Assembly: GCA_016839785.1 (NCBI GenBank)
Contig: JAEOTQ010000191.1
Coordinates: 1-32,063 of the forward strand
Reading direction: 5' to 3'
Source: Candidatus Hodarchaeota archaeon
GTDB taxonomy: Archaea; Asgardarchaeota; Heimdallarchaeia; Hodarchaeales; Hodarchaeaceae
Length of the DNA stretch: 32,063 bases
In this document: piece after piece, positions 18,403 to 28,201 of the stretch
Numbering within the stretch: position 1 is the first letter of the stretch
Layout of the letters: each line of letters begins with the position of its first letter
Notes under the pieces: model-generated
Told to the model about the DNA's origin: nothing
Database searches by the model: none
The model's input: only the letters and a program-made list of their open reading frames with translations
Position numbers and translations under genes: made by a program

Positions 18403-18687
18403 TTAACCCCCACCTACAGGAAGACTGAAAATTAAGACATCCTTATCTTTGATCTTTTCATCAATTTCTCTAATACCTTTTCCATTCAACATCACAAGGA
18501 TATCATTAGAAATTTTATTTGTTTGAGGATTTACAATATTAAAAAAGTCATTTCCGTACTTTTTTGCTAATTCTGCCAAAATTTCTCCAAATGTACAATC
18601 TTCATTAATCTGTTCAACGATTTTTCGTTTTTTAGTAATTTCTCTGAAAGTTGCTTGAAATAGTATTTCTATTTTGCCTGTTATCAT
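18403..18687 (-). CDS. MoaD/ThiS/SAMP-family sulfur carrier (ubiquitin-like fold)
   Basis: FQATFREIT N-terminus, VMLNGK, C-terminal LPVGGG di-glycine. First gene of the aor operon. Confidence 0.88.
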   Translation of the reverse strand: MITGKIEILFQATFREITKKRKIVEQINEDCTFGEILAELAKKYGNDFFNIVNPQTNKISNDILVMLNGKGIREIDEKIKDKDVLIFSLPVGGG

Positions 18688-18826
18688 AATTTTCAATCTC
18701 AAAGCAATAATCTTCAAATGGAATATTGGCATTCTTCAGATTTTTCATATAAAAAATATTTCTGAGCTAAACTGAATTATCAATATATAAGTAGTATCAC
18801 ATAGTGAATCCAATTCAGCCACAAGG

Positions 18827-18853
18827 TATATATATAGTAATACTAATTACTAT
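18827..18853 (+). promoter_or_regulatory. TATA box with abutting perfect palindrome (candidate operator) for the DUF2080-GNAT-bzd operon
   Basis: TATATATA at 18827-18834 followed by ATAGTAAT-ACTA-ATTACTAT (8-bp inverted repeat, 18834-18853). Confidence 0.55.
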
Positions 18854-18924
18854 TTTGACTATTTTAGGAGGGTTCTATTATAACCGAATCTCCTGAGAAA
18901 CAGCTGAAACGTATAGAAAATACG

Positions 18925-19119
18925 GTGAATAACGTGACTGAGCCAGTAGAAGAGTTACATTCGGAATTTATCGTTAAAGGATATGAAATGATTGATAGAG
19001 AAGTAAAACAAAGTGGGAATACAGGCCGTGTTTATTTACCGAAAAACTGGATTGGATCTAAAGTTAAGATCATACGTGTGTCAAAAATAAAGGGAAATTC
19101 AGATAAAATCAATGAGTGA
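18925..19119 (+). CDS. DUF2080-family small protein (AbrB-like swapped hairpin, putative DNA-binding)
   Basis: GYEMIDREVKQSGNTGRVYLPKNWIGSKVKIIR is the typical family pattern. Confidence 0.8.
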   Translation: MNNVTEPVEELHSEFIVKGYEMIDREVKQSGNTGRVYLPKNWIGSKVKIIRVSKIKGNSDKINE

Positions 19120-19586
19120 TAAACAAATATCTTGAGATGATCACTGTGAACACAAATGAGAGTATTATCATTAGAAGAATGAAAGATTCAGATATCGATC
19201 CAATTATCAAAATGGACAAAAGGATTTCAGGTGTTTTCCGACCCGAAATGTGGAAAGCTGAAATTGAGCACTACTTAAAGAATAATAGTATTGGTATTGT
19301 TGCTGAAATTCAAGAGCAAGTTGTAGGATTTATGATTGGTACCATGCATCCTTGGCTTTTTGGTATTGAGAATGGAGGATGGATTGAAGTTCTAGGGGTA
19401 CACCCTGATCATACAGCAAAAGGAGTAGGAAAAAAACTCGGTAATAGACTTTTTAAAGAATTTAAAGCTCACAACATTAAGGTAGCTTATACCTGTGTTG
19501 AATGGACTTCAAGTGACTTATTGGAATTTTTTAGAACCTTGGAAATGACTAAAAGCGATTTTATTACTCTAATGAAAAAGTTATAA
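19116..19586 (+). CDS. GNAT-family acetyltransferase, BadL-like single domain
   Basis: IRRMKDSDIDPIIKMD..SG..R, VVGFMIG, WIEVLGVHPDHTAKGVGKKL acetyl-CoA-binding loop, LLEFFR. The GTG start overlaps the DUF2080 stop; alternative ATG at 19137. Confidence 0.85.
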   Translation: MINKYLEMITVNTNESIIIRRMKDSDIDPIIKMDKRISGVFRPEMWKAEIEHYLKNNSIGIVAEIQEQVVGFMIGTMHPWLFGIENGGWIEVLGVHPDHTAKGVGKKLGNRLFKEFKAHNIKVAYTCVEWTSSDLLEFFRTLEMTKSDFITLMKKL

Positions 19587-19670
19587 TGAACAGAAGTAAG
19601 GTAAAACTCTCAAAGAATGCGAAAAGTAAGACTATGAAAGAAATCTAATTTGATGAAAGGAGTTTATATC

Positions 19671-20819
19671 ATGGTAACTGTGCAGATGGAAGAAAAAGGA
19701 ATATTTGATCAGTTTAAGGATTGGTATACAAATCGTCATGAATACGCAAAAGCTTGGAAAGAAAAGGGTGGTAAGGTAATGGGTTATTTCTGTACTTACG
19801 TACCAGAAGAAATACTCTATGCTGCCAATATACTTCCAGTTCGGATTCTAGGTAGTCATGAACCTCAAGATGTAACAGAACCCCATATTTTTGCAATGTT
19901 CTGTCCATTTTGTCGTGACTGCCTTGCACAAGGATTGAAAGGTCGTTATGATTATCTCGATGGAATTATGATTGCTCAAAGTTGTCTTCATATTAGACAA
20001 ACATACACAAGTTGGGATCTTCATATCCCAACGGATTATAGCTATTATTTGCCTCATCCAATGCATGTACAAAGTCCTCAAGCTACCCCTTACTTGCGAG
20101 AGGAGTTGATTCAATTCAAAAAATCTGTTGAAGATTGGATAGATAAACCTATTACTAATTATGATTTAAAAAGGGGAATCGAAATAATGAATGCAAATCG
20201 ACGTTTAATGAATCAAGTGTATGAGCTTAGAAAAAAACGCAATCCACCTGTTACAGGTTTAGAAGCCATGTATATGGTTGTATCAAGTCAAATGACAGAT
20301 AAACATGAACATAACCGTGAACTAGAATCACTCCTTCAAAAGCTCTCCACACGTGATATAGGTGACCCTGGAGAGAGATTAATGATTATAGGGTCTGAAG
20401 ATGATGATACAGAGTTTTTAGCAATGGTCGAAGATCTAGGTGCAACTTTTGTGACTGATGACCATTGTACTGGTACCCGCTATTTCCAAGAAGAGGTAAA
20501 TCCATCTGAAGACTTATTGAATGCAATAGCAGAACGATATGTGAAACGAGTACCCTGTCCGAGTAAAGATTGGCCGAAACGCACTAGACTTGATCACATT
20601 ATACGAATGAGCAAAGAATATGATGTACAAGGAGCAATATTGATTCAACAGAAATTTTGTGATCCACACGAATTAGATACTCCCGCAATAAAAGAAGAAT
20701 TAGAAAAAAATGGAATTGCAACTTTATTTCTGGAATTTGATGTTACTGTACCAATTGGCCAGTTTAAAACCCGTGTGGAGGCGTTTCTTGAAATAATGCG
20801 AGAGGAGGATTTGTTTTAG
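19671..20819 (+). CDS. bzdN: Benzoyl-CoA reductase, bzd-type, subunit N
   Basis: [76 protein letters not shown] at 19671 after AAGGAG. Confidence 0.93.
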   Translation: MVTVQMEEKGIFDQFKDWYTNRHEYAKAWKEKGGKVMGYFCTYVPEEILYAANILPVRILGSHEPQDVTEPHIFAMFCPFCRDCLAQGLKGRYDYLDGIMIAQSCLHIRQTYTSWDLHIPTDYSYYLPHPMHVQSPQATPYLREELIQFKKSVEDWIDKPITNYDLKRGIEIMNANRRLMNQVYELRKKRNPPVTGLEAMYMVVSSQMTDKHEHNRELESLLQKLSTRDIGDPGERLMIIGSEDDDTEFLAMVEDLGATFVTDDHCTGTRYFQEEVNPSEDLLNAIAERYVKRVPCPSKDWPKRTRLDHIIRMSKEYDVQGAILIQQKFCDPHELDTPAIKEELEKNGIATLFLEFDVTVPIGQFKTRVEAFLEIMREEDLF

Positions 20820-20830
20820 GAGGAATTAAG

Positions 20831-22144
20831 ATGAGTACTACAAAATATCCTAGTGAGAGATTAAAAAGCTGGGGAAAAGCGAAAACACTTCGTGAGAATT
20901 ATTACAGAGACTTCGCAGAAGCTCATGATAAAGGAGGAATTCGTTGGGCTGGAGGTGCTTGGTCTTTCGATGCTATTCCTGCTGGTTTGGGTGAAGATGT
21001 TTGGTGCTTAACAGGGGAACCTTATGGAGCAACCGTAGCATTTAATAAAGAATTAGCTTTGGAATGTCAAGAAGCTATTGAAACTAAAGGTTTCGCGAGA
21101 GACCTTTGTTCATACATGCGTAATTATTGGGGGTCAATCATTCTTAATAAATACGCCTGGCCACAATACTCGGAGGAATTCCCTAAACCTGATTTTATGT
21201 GGCAAGATCATATATGCTGTTCACATGCAAAATGGTATCAGGTTGCTAGTGACCTTGAAGGAGGGATTCCAACGTTTAGCATTGATGTATCAGTAGGTCC
21301 TTATGAAGAATTAACTGAAAGCAGACTAAATTATATTGTTGGTCAAATGCATGATGGCATAAAATGGCTAGAAAAAACAACAAGTAGAGATTACAACGAT
21401 GAACTCCTGATTAAAGCAGTTCAAAATGAATTTCGTACATGTCATTATTGGGCTGCGATTTGTGAGCTAAATAAAACAATACCTGCACCCTTAGATGAAA
21501 AATCTATGTATGCATTATACGTCTTAGGCACACTAAGAAAGTCTTCACAGTGGACAGCAGATTATTATGAGAAAGAACTATATCCTGAGATTAAAGATCG
21601 AGTGAAGCGAGGAATAGCTGCTGTTGAAAACGAGCAATGTCGTATTATGACCGATACACAACCTCCATGGGCATTCCTAAAAGTTTTCCGTTATTTAGAA
21701 AAATATGGTTGTGTTTCAATAGGAAGTCTGTATACCTTCTCACTCATTGGTTTATGGGAAGATAAAGAAGATGGCACATGGGGACCAAGATCCATTCCCG
21801 AGATTGAAATAACAAATCGAGATGAAGCTTTGCGAGCTCTAGCTGAATGGAATTTAAGCAAACCAGAATGGCAGCACTTCTATCATCCAAAATTGAAATC
21901 TGAAATGATGATTCGGATTGCACGTGAATGGAAACTTGATGGAGTTCTTCTGCACTTTAATAGAGGTTGTGAAGGCTTAAGTCTTGGTATCGCAGAAAAT
22001 CGTTTAGCGATTCAGAAAGCTGGATTTCCAGTAATGCCATTTGAAGGTAATATGGGGGATGAAAGAGAATTCGACCTAACTAGAACAATGGCACGAATAG
22101 ACGCATTCATGGAAAGTCTTGGAATGAAAAAATTAGTTGATTAA
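20831..22144 (+). CDS. bzdO: Benzoyl-CoA reductase, bzd-type, subunit O
   Basis: [75 protein letters not shown]. Confidence 0.93.
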   Translation: MSTTKYPSERLKSWGKAKTLRENYYRDFAEAHDKGGIRWAGGAWSFDAIPAGLGEDVWCLTGEPYGATVAFNKELALECQEAIETKGFARDLCSYMRNYWGSIILNKYAWPQYSEEFPKPDFMWQDHICCSHAKWYQVASDLEGGIPTFSIDVSVGPYEELTESRLNYIVGQMHDGIKWLEKTTSRDYNDELLIKAVQNEFRTCHYWAAICELNKTIPAPLDEKSMYALYVLGTLRKSSQWTADYYEKELYPEIKDRVKRGIAAVENEQCRIMTDTQPPWAFLKVFRYLEKYGCVSIGSLYTFSLIGLWEDKEDGTWGPRSIPEIEITNRDEALRALAEWNLSKPEWQHFYHPKLKSEMMIRIAREWKLDGVLLHFNRGCEGLSLGIAENRLAIQKAGFPVMPFEGNMGDEREFDLTRTMARIDAFMESLGMKKLVD

Positions 22145-22159
22145 CAACGGTGAATTCTT

Positions 22160-22948
22160 ATGACAACAATTGGAATTGATTTAGGAGCAAAAAATACGAA
22201 AGTAGTGATATTAAGGGACGGTGAAATTCTGACTACTGCCTCGGTTCTAAGTGGATTTGATCAAAAAGCTTCTGCGGATGAAGCTGTAAACAACGCATTG
22301 AGAAATGTTGGAATAGCTCGTGATGAAATTAAATACATCACAGCAACAGGAGCAGGGATGGATGCTATTACTTTCGCAAATGATACAGTGACTGAAATAA
22401 GTGCAAATGCACGTGGAATAACTGCAGTTTTTCCTTCCGTACGTACTGTAATTGATGTTGGCGCCGAAGAAGGGCGAGTAATTCGTTTAAATGAGAACGG
22501 AAAGGTTGTAGATTTTGGGATAAATGAAAAATGTGCTGCAGGCGCAGGTGCTTTCACAGAAGCCATGGCAAGAGCCTTGGAAGTTGATCTGGAAAAAATG
22601 GGAGAAATGTCATTGAAATCTACAAAAGCAGTTCCTATGAACGCACAATGTACTATTTTCGCAGAATCAGAAGTTGTCTCATTAATCCACCAAAAAACAC
22701 CGAAGGAAGATATTATTCGAGCAGTACATGACGCTATTGCCGATCGAATCACTAGCATGGCTCGTAGAGTCGGTATTGAGAAAGAAGTAGCTCTAGTTGG
22801 GGGAGTTGCTAATAATATTGGATTTGTTGATTCAATGACACGAAACCTTGGATACGATCTTCTGGTGCCTAAAGATCCTGTAGTGCCAGAGTTTATACCA
22901 GCTTATGGAGCCGCTCTTTTAGCTCAGGATGAATTGAATGGAGGATAA
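22160..22948 (+). CDS. bzdP: Benzoyl-CoA reductase ATPase subunit P
   Basis: ASKHA motifs GIDLGAKNTK and IDVGAEEGR; cluster ligands NEKCAAGAG and AQCTIFAESE; position between bzdO and bzdQ. Confidence 0.88.
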   Translation: MTTIGIDLGAKNTKVVILRDGEILTTASVLSGFDQKASADEAVNNALRNVGIARDEIKYITATGAGMDAITFANDTVTEISANARGITAVFPSVRTVIDVGAEEGRVIRLNENGKVVDFGINEKCAAGAGAFTEAMARALEVDLEKMGEMSLKSTKAVPMNAQCTIFAESEVVSLIHQKTPKEDIIRAVHDAIADRITSMARRVGIEKEVALVGGVANNIGFVDSMTRNLGYDLLVPKDPVVPEFIPAYGAALLAQDELNGG

Positions 22949-22952
22949 AAAC

Positions 22953-23834
22953 ATGGCTAATTCAGAAAGTAAAGAGTATTGGAGATGGACTGAATCGCGT
23001 TGGACCAATCCAGATCTTGATTGGAAAGACGGAGATATAATTTCCGCAGGAGTAGATGTAGGTTCAGTTAGTACACAATCGGTTGTTATGGTTGATGGTG
23101 AATTATTTTGTTATGCTAATATGAGAACTGGAAGTGATAGCCCAGATAGTGCAAATAATTCAATGAACTGGGCATTAGATGGGACTGGTCTTCCTTTGGA
23201 TAAAATCGAATATGCTGTAGGTACAGGTTATGGCCGTGTAAACGTTCCTTTCGCAAAACGAGCCCTCACCGAAATTGCCTGCCATGCTCGTGGGGCTAAT
23301 TTTATGTACGGTCCTTCAATTCGTACAGTACTAGACATGGGAGGCCAAGATTGTAAAGCAATACGTTGTGACCATCGAGGTAAAGTTACTGCATTTTTAA
23401 TGAATGACAAATGCGCCGCAGGAACAGGAAGAGGCATGGAAGTGTTCGCAGATCTTCTTCAGATCCATATTAATGATGTAGGACGAATGTCGTTAGTTGA
23501 TGTAGAACCAGAACCAGTAAGTAGTACTTGTGTTGTTTTTGCTAAATCCGAAGCAGTTGCCTTGCTACGAAAAGGATGGAGCAAAGAAAAAGTCTTAGCT
23601 GCTTATTGTGGAGCAATGGCTCATCGTGTTGTAACTCTTCTAGAACGACTTGGAGTGGAAAATGATTTCGCAATCACAGGAGGAATTGCGAAAAATATTG
23701 GCGTTGTATCTCGAATTGAAAAGGAATTAAAGGTCACTGCTCCTGAACCAAGTATTGATCCACAACTTGCTGGTGCTATAGGTGGTGCTTTGTTTGGGAA
23801 AGCTCTGGTTGAAAAAGCTAGAAAGAAGGCTTAA
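22953..23834 (+). CDS. bzdQ: Benzoyl-CoA reductase ATPase subunit Q
   Basis: BzdQ-like N-terminus EYWRWTESRW..DWK, AGVDVGSVS, TEIACHARG, DMGGQDCK, MNDKCAAGTGRG, SSTCVVFAKSE. ATG at 22953 after GGAGG. Confidence 0.92.
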   Translation: MANSESKEYWRWTESRWTNPDLDWKDGDIISAGVDVGSVSTQSVVMVDGELFCYANMRTGSDSPDSANNSMNWALDGTGLPLDKIEYAVGTGYGRVNVPFAKRALTEIACHARGANFMYGPSIRTVLDMGGQDCKAIRCDHRGKVTAFLMNDKCAAGTGRGMEVFADLLQIHINDVGRMSLVDVEPEPVSSTCVVFAKSEAVALLRKGWSKEKVLAAYCGAMAHRVVTLLERLGVENDFAITGGIAKNIGVVSRIEKELKVTAPEPSIDPQLAGAIGGALFGKALVEKARKKA

Positions 23835-23872
23835 AAAAGTGGTTATCATACTATCTATAAAGTGAGTACAAA

Positions 23873-24160
23873 ATGAAAGCAAATTACGGCTATAAAGACG
23901 GTTCGGGAGAATATTATATCACTATTGACACCGAACTCTGCAATGGATGCACTAAATGTGTCGAAGCCTGCCCTGAAAATGTCTTGGAAGTAGTTGAAAA
24001 TGAAATGGATCCTTTAGCGGAGGATCTCGTGGCAAGGGTTTCTGATGAGCATCGTAAGAAAATTAAATATTCCTGTGCTCCTTGCAAACCTACTACTGAA
24101 CCAAGAACTCTACCTTGTGTTCAAAGTTGTGAACCTGGTGCTATTTCCCATTCATGGTAA
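23873..24160 (+). CDS. bzdM: Ferredoxin of the benzoyl-CoA reductase (BzdM-type)
   Basis: MKANYGYKDGSGEYYITID..CNGCTKCVEACP..KIKYSCAPCKP..LPCVQSC..AISHSW. Confidence 0.88.
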   Translation: MKANYGYKDGSGEYYITIDTELCNGCTKCVEACPENVLEVVENEMDPLAEDLVARVSDEHRKKIKYSCAPCKPTTEPRTLPCVQSCEPGAISHSW

Positions 24161-24238
24161 CATAATTCCTCATTAATATGATCTTAACAATGTTTTGATC
24201 TCACAAAGAAGGAAATTATACATCTGGGAGTAAAGGAA

Positions 24239-26764
24239 ATGGAAAAAGTCAATATCACGATAAATGGTGCAGATTATTCTGTAGAAAAGGGAATATCAAT
24301 ACTGGAAGCAGCAGAAGTTTCTGAAATCTATATACCACGACTTTGTGCACATCCTGACTTATCATCTGCTCAAGGAATGAAACCAGTAGAATCTGTGTAC
24401 CAAGGTACGGTACAGTACAAAACTGATAATTCTTTACAAGAACATGAGGGGTGCCAACTTTGTATGGTGAAAATAGAAGGAGAGGAAGAGCTAGTAACAT
24501 CATGTAACAGAATGACAGAAGAAAATTTGAAGATTTGGACGGATACCTCCGATATCAAAGATTATCGGAGAGAGAAAATGAAGAATATTCTCTCAAGACA
24601 CCGTCATGCCTGTTTAACTTGTACTCAACAGAAAGGATGCAGTCGTGAACCTTGTTCAACGAATGTTCCAGTAGAAGAAAGATGTTGTCCAGAATTTGGA
24701 CGATGTGAATTGCAGAAAGTTGCAGAATACATTGGAATCAGAGAAGATACACCACGTTATATACCCAAGGAATTAACTGTAATTGAGGATGAACCTCTAT
24801 TTATTCGAAATTATGAGCTATGTATTGGTTGTACCCGATGTGTAAGAATATGTCGGGATGTAAAGGGAGTAGATGCACTTGGTTTCGTTTTTTCAGATGG
24901 TGAAACGATCGTAGGAAGTATTGAATCTACATTAAAAGAATCAGGATGTAAATTCTGTGGTGCTTGTGTAGAAGTATGTCCGACAGGCGCGCTATCAGAC
25001 AAAGATATTCTTTGGGCTGAACGTGAACGAGCTCTTGTTCCATGTCGCGATAATTGCCCTTTAGAAGCGGATGTTCCCCGTTATATTCGTCATATCGCTA
25101 ATAGAAATTTTGATCAAGCTGCGGCAGTTATTCGAGAGAAAACTCCTTTTCCTTCAGTACTTGGGAGGATTTGTTTTCATGTATGCGAGGAAAGCTGTCG
25201 TCGGAGTCAGATTAACGAACCAATTGCTATATGTGCACTCAAACGATTTGCCCTAAATCATGATTCAGAACCATGGAAATCACAAAGATTTACTATACCC
25301 TCTACAGGGAAAAAGATCGCAGTTGTAGGTTCTGGACCAACTGGACTCACTGCTGCTTTTTATTTAGCGAAAGCTGGCCATTCATTAACGGTATTTGAAG
25401 CTGAAGCAAACCTGGGAGGTATGCTGAGTTTTGGTATACCAAAGTATAGATTACCAAGAGAAATCCTTCAGAAAGATCTTGAATATATTTTGAACTCAGG
25501 AATAGAAATAGAAACTGATGCGATTATTGGAAAGCAATTAACTCTCGCGGATCTGGATTCTCAAGGATATGAGGCAATATTTCTAGCAATTGGGGCTCAA
25601 CAGGCAAAAAAATTGAGAATTGATGGTATAGAATCTGATAACGTGCTTTGGGGATTGGATTTTCTAAAGAATGTTAATTCAAATCTTGAAACTAAGGTAG
25701 AAGAACATGTCCTTGTTATAGGTGGAGGAAATGTTGCAATGGATGTAGCATTAACTGCTCTTCGACAAGGGGCAAGTAAAGTCCAAGTATTCTGCTTAGA
25801 ATCTAGAGAAGAGATGCCAGCCCACGAATGGGAGATTACAGAAATATTAGATGAAGGAATTGATCTTAATTGTTCATGGGGACCCTATAAGATAATTGGA
25901 AAGGATGGAAAAGTGACTGGAGTCGAATTAATTAAATGTACTAGTGTCTTTGATACCAAAGGAAATTTCAACCCTATTTTTGACGATACAATAATACATT
26001 CTGTTGATACTGACATGATAATACTGGCAATCGGACAAAAGACCGATTTATCGGTTTTAAGCACGAAAGCTGATGTCGATCTCTCTCCTGAAGGATTTGT
26101 TAGAATTAAAGAAACCACTCTAGAAACTTCCACTCCAGGAGTGTTTGCAGGAGGAGAAGTGACAGAAGGGCCCATTTCCGTTGTTGAAGCAATTGAATTA
26201 GGTCGAAAGGCTGCTCGTTCAATTGATAAATACTTAGGAGGAACTGGTGAAATCAATGAAGAACTCACAGAAGACATGGCTTCTAACCAATGGATTGGAC
26301 GTGATAAAGATTTTTACGACAAAAAACGTGTTATAATGCCAAGTTTATCAATTTCAGATCGTTTAAAAGGCTATGATGAAATAGAATTAGGTTACAATGA
26401 AGAGATGGCTGTTGAAGAAGCAGAACGATGTTTAGAATGTGATCTAAGGCTCCAGATATCATCTGTAACTTTTCCCCCAGAGAAATGGATCGAATTGTTG
26501 AAAGAGAATTTGGCAGCTGTTCCTGAAAGTGAAGGCGCGTTTCATCTTTTTGACGAAAATAAACAAATCATACTCATTCAAGGAACACAAAATCTGCAAT
26601 TTGCATTAGAAGAGCAATTAATTAGTAATCCAAAAGCTCGCTACTTTAGTTACGAGGAAGATCCCATGTATACTAAGAAAGAGAGTGAATTATTGCAGGA
26701 ATTCATGCTAGAATTCGGAAGAATGCCAGAGGGCAATGATGATCTGCAGGATGATCTTTTTTAA
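24239..26764 (+). CDS. bzdV: BzdV-like NAD(P)H:ferredoxin oxidoreductase (NuoG-like Fe-S module + GltD-like flavoprotein + C-terminal extra domain)
   Basis: [2Fe-2S] PRLC..CQLC..TSC, HRHACLTC, CIGCTRCVRIC, CKFCGACVEVCP, GltD-type PCRDNCP and ICFHVCEESC, VVGSGPTG, VIGGGNVAMD. Directly follows bzdM. Confidence 0.8.
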   Translation: MEKVNITINGADYSVEKGISILEAAEVSEIYIPRLCAHPDLSSAQGMKPVESVYQGTVQYKTDNSLQEHEGCQLCMVKIEGEEELVTSCNRMTEENLKIWTDTSDIKDYRREKMKNILSRHRHACLTCTQQKGCSREPCSTNVPVEERCCPEFGRCELQKVAEYIGIREDTPRYIPKELTVIEDEPLFIRNYELCIGCTRCVRICRDVKGVDALGFVFSDGETIVGSIESTLKESGCKFCGACVEVCPTGALSDKDILWAERERALVPCRDNCPLEADVPRYIRHIANRNFDQAAAVIREKTPFPSVLGRICFHVCEESCRRSQINEPIAICALKRFALNHDSEPWKSQRFTIPSTGKKIAVVGSGPTGLTAAFYLAKAGHSLTVFEAEANLGGMLSFGIPKYRLPREILQKDLEYILNSGIEIETDAIIGKQLTLADLDSQGYEAIFLAIGAQQAKKLRIDGIESDNVLWGLDFLKNVNSNLETKVEEHVLVIGGGNVAMDVALTALRQGASKVQVFCLESREEMPAHEWEITEILDEGIDLNCSWGPYKIIGKDGKVTGVELIKCTSVFDTKGNFNPIFDDTIIHSVDTDMIILAIGQKTDLSVLSTKADVDLSPEGFVRIKETTLETSTPGVFAGGEVTEGPISVVEAIELGRKAARSIDKYLGGTGEINEELTEDMASNQWIGRDKDFYDKKRVIMPSLSISDRLKGYDEIELGYNEEMAVEEAERCLECDLRLQISSVTFPPEKWIELLKENLAAVPESEGAFHLFDENKQIILIQGTQNLQFALEEQLISNPKARYFSYEEDPMYTKKESELLQEFMLEFGRMPEGNDDLQDDLF

Positions 26765-26796
26765 ATATAATAGACTGTAAAAATGATAGGATATTT

Positions 26797-27066
26797 TTGA
26801 AAAACGGCACTGCAAAAGGAAAATCACAATTAGAGGAGAAAGGGTGGGAAAGGAAATTTATTATTGAAGAACATCGAGTGATCGAGTACGTAGAATTATA
26901 TGAATCATTGGATCAACAAGTACGAGTTGAACCTGTGATTCCCAGTGAGATGGAGGGTTGTAGTGAATGTTTTAAGGTGGAATGTAGTAGTTATCGTGTA
27001 ATCTACACACGAAGACCAAGAAAGTTCAGAACTGAAGAGAAAAAGTCCTCTAATCAGATATACTAG
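26797..27066 (+). CDS. Small hypothetical protein with CxxC, last gene of the bzd operon
   Basis: 89-aa ORF 32 bp after bzdV with protein-like composition (LEEKGWERKF..YVELYESL..VRVEP..CSECF..YRVIYTR). Confidence 0.7.
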   Translation: MKNGTAKGKSQLEEKGWERKFIIEEHRVIEYVELYESLDQQVRVEPVIPSEMEGCSECFKVECSSYRVIYTRRPRKFRTEEKKSSNQIY

Positions 27067-27109
27067 TTTCTTAAGAATAACAAAATTCAACGAAGTACTC
27101 AATTTCATT

Positions 27110-28057
27110 TTAATATTTCGTTTCCATAGCACGGACAAAAGAGGTAGTGGCCTCATTAAATGGTACAGGAATATTATGCTTGTTGCCTAATTCCACAATT
27201 TTCCCATTTAAATAATCAATCTCTGTTGGATTTCGATTCTCTATATCAATTAACATAGAAGGTTTATGATGACCCCCCTTGGATAAATATCCCATACAAA
27301 TCTTATGAAAATCTGGACCAAATGAAATACCGATGGCGTTTGTAACTGCAATACCCTCTTTAATTATTTCACTTGCGAGTTTGTTTGTATCTGTAAAGTC
27401 CATTGCATCTTTCATTGTTTGACCTGTAATTGCACATACTGGAGCTAAAGCAGAATTTAATATCACTTTCTTCCAAACAGCTGGTTGAATATCTTCGATA
27501 GAGGTTGTTTGAAATTCGGGTGAATTCATCAATTCGGCGATATCCTGAGCTTTTTCTTCCATTTGGGGTGAAATTGCACCGACAAAATTTGGTGGATTAA
27601 AAAAAGTCATATCAATCTTTCCTGGACCAACTATGTTTCCAGCATAGTTAATTACATTACGAAATGATCGTTCTCTACCGAATGTCTCTGAAATCACTTT
27701 TTCTGTGTGCAAACCATTTTGATGACTTACAATTAGAGAATCATCTGAAATTACCTCTTTTAACTCATCAACAACGTGTTTTAAATATGGTGTTTTCGTT
27801 GCAATAAAAATTAAGTTAACAGTTGATTCTTTAAGATCCTTTACAGATGTTTTTAGATGATCTGTATCAAAGTGGACTTTCATCTTGGAAACACCTTCAA
27901 TTTGTAGTCCATTTTGTTTAATCGCTTCAATATGGTCTTTCCAAATATCCACTAAAGTAACATCCACCCCTTTTTGAGACAAAAATGCTCCTAGAATACC
28001 ACCAGAAGGGCCTACTCCAACAATTGCTACATCATATTCCGACTTAGTCATTATCAA
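27110..28057 (-). CDS. panE: 2-dehydropantoate 2-reductase (PanE/ApbA family)
   Basis: IVGVGPSGG, IATKT, HQNGL, WKKVILN, PSMLIDI..RNPTEIDYLNG, VPFN. Confidence 0.85.
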   Translation of the reverse strand: MIMTKSEYDVAIVGVGPSGGILGAFLSQKGVDVTLVDIWKDHIEAIKQNGLQIEGVSKMKVHFDTDHLKTSVKDLKESTVNLIFIATKTPYLKHVVDELKEVISDDSLIVSHQNGLHTEKVISETFGRERSFRNVINYAGNIVGPGKIDMTFFNPPNFVGAISPQMEEKAQDIAELMNSPEFQTTSIEDIQPAVWKKVILNSALAPVCAITGQTMKDAMDFTDTNKLASEIIKEGIAVTNAIGISFGPDFHKICMGYLSKGGHHKPSMLIDIENRNPTEIDYLNGKIVELGNKHNIPVPFNEATTSFVRAMETKY

Positions 28058-28201
28058 TACCTCTGAGGTGAGTAGTTAACATCAAGTACAAGTACTTTGA
28101 TTGAAAATTAAACGATGTATTCATTTAATAATTATTTCATGAAGACTCTTGAGCTTTATGATATTGATTACTTCTTATTGAAAACAGAAAACTAACCTTT
28201 T

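Noticed and set aside
18403-18687. GG-terminated protein as eukaryote-like ubiquitin
   Set aside because: Its sequence and position in an aor operon fit MoaD/SAMP, and no E1/E2/E3 genes are nearby.
18925-19119. DUF2080 gene as evidence of an active transposon
   Set aside because: There is no adjacent transposase, terminal repeat or target duplication, and the gene is coupled to the GNAT within a metabolic operon.
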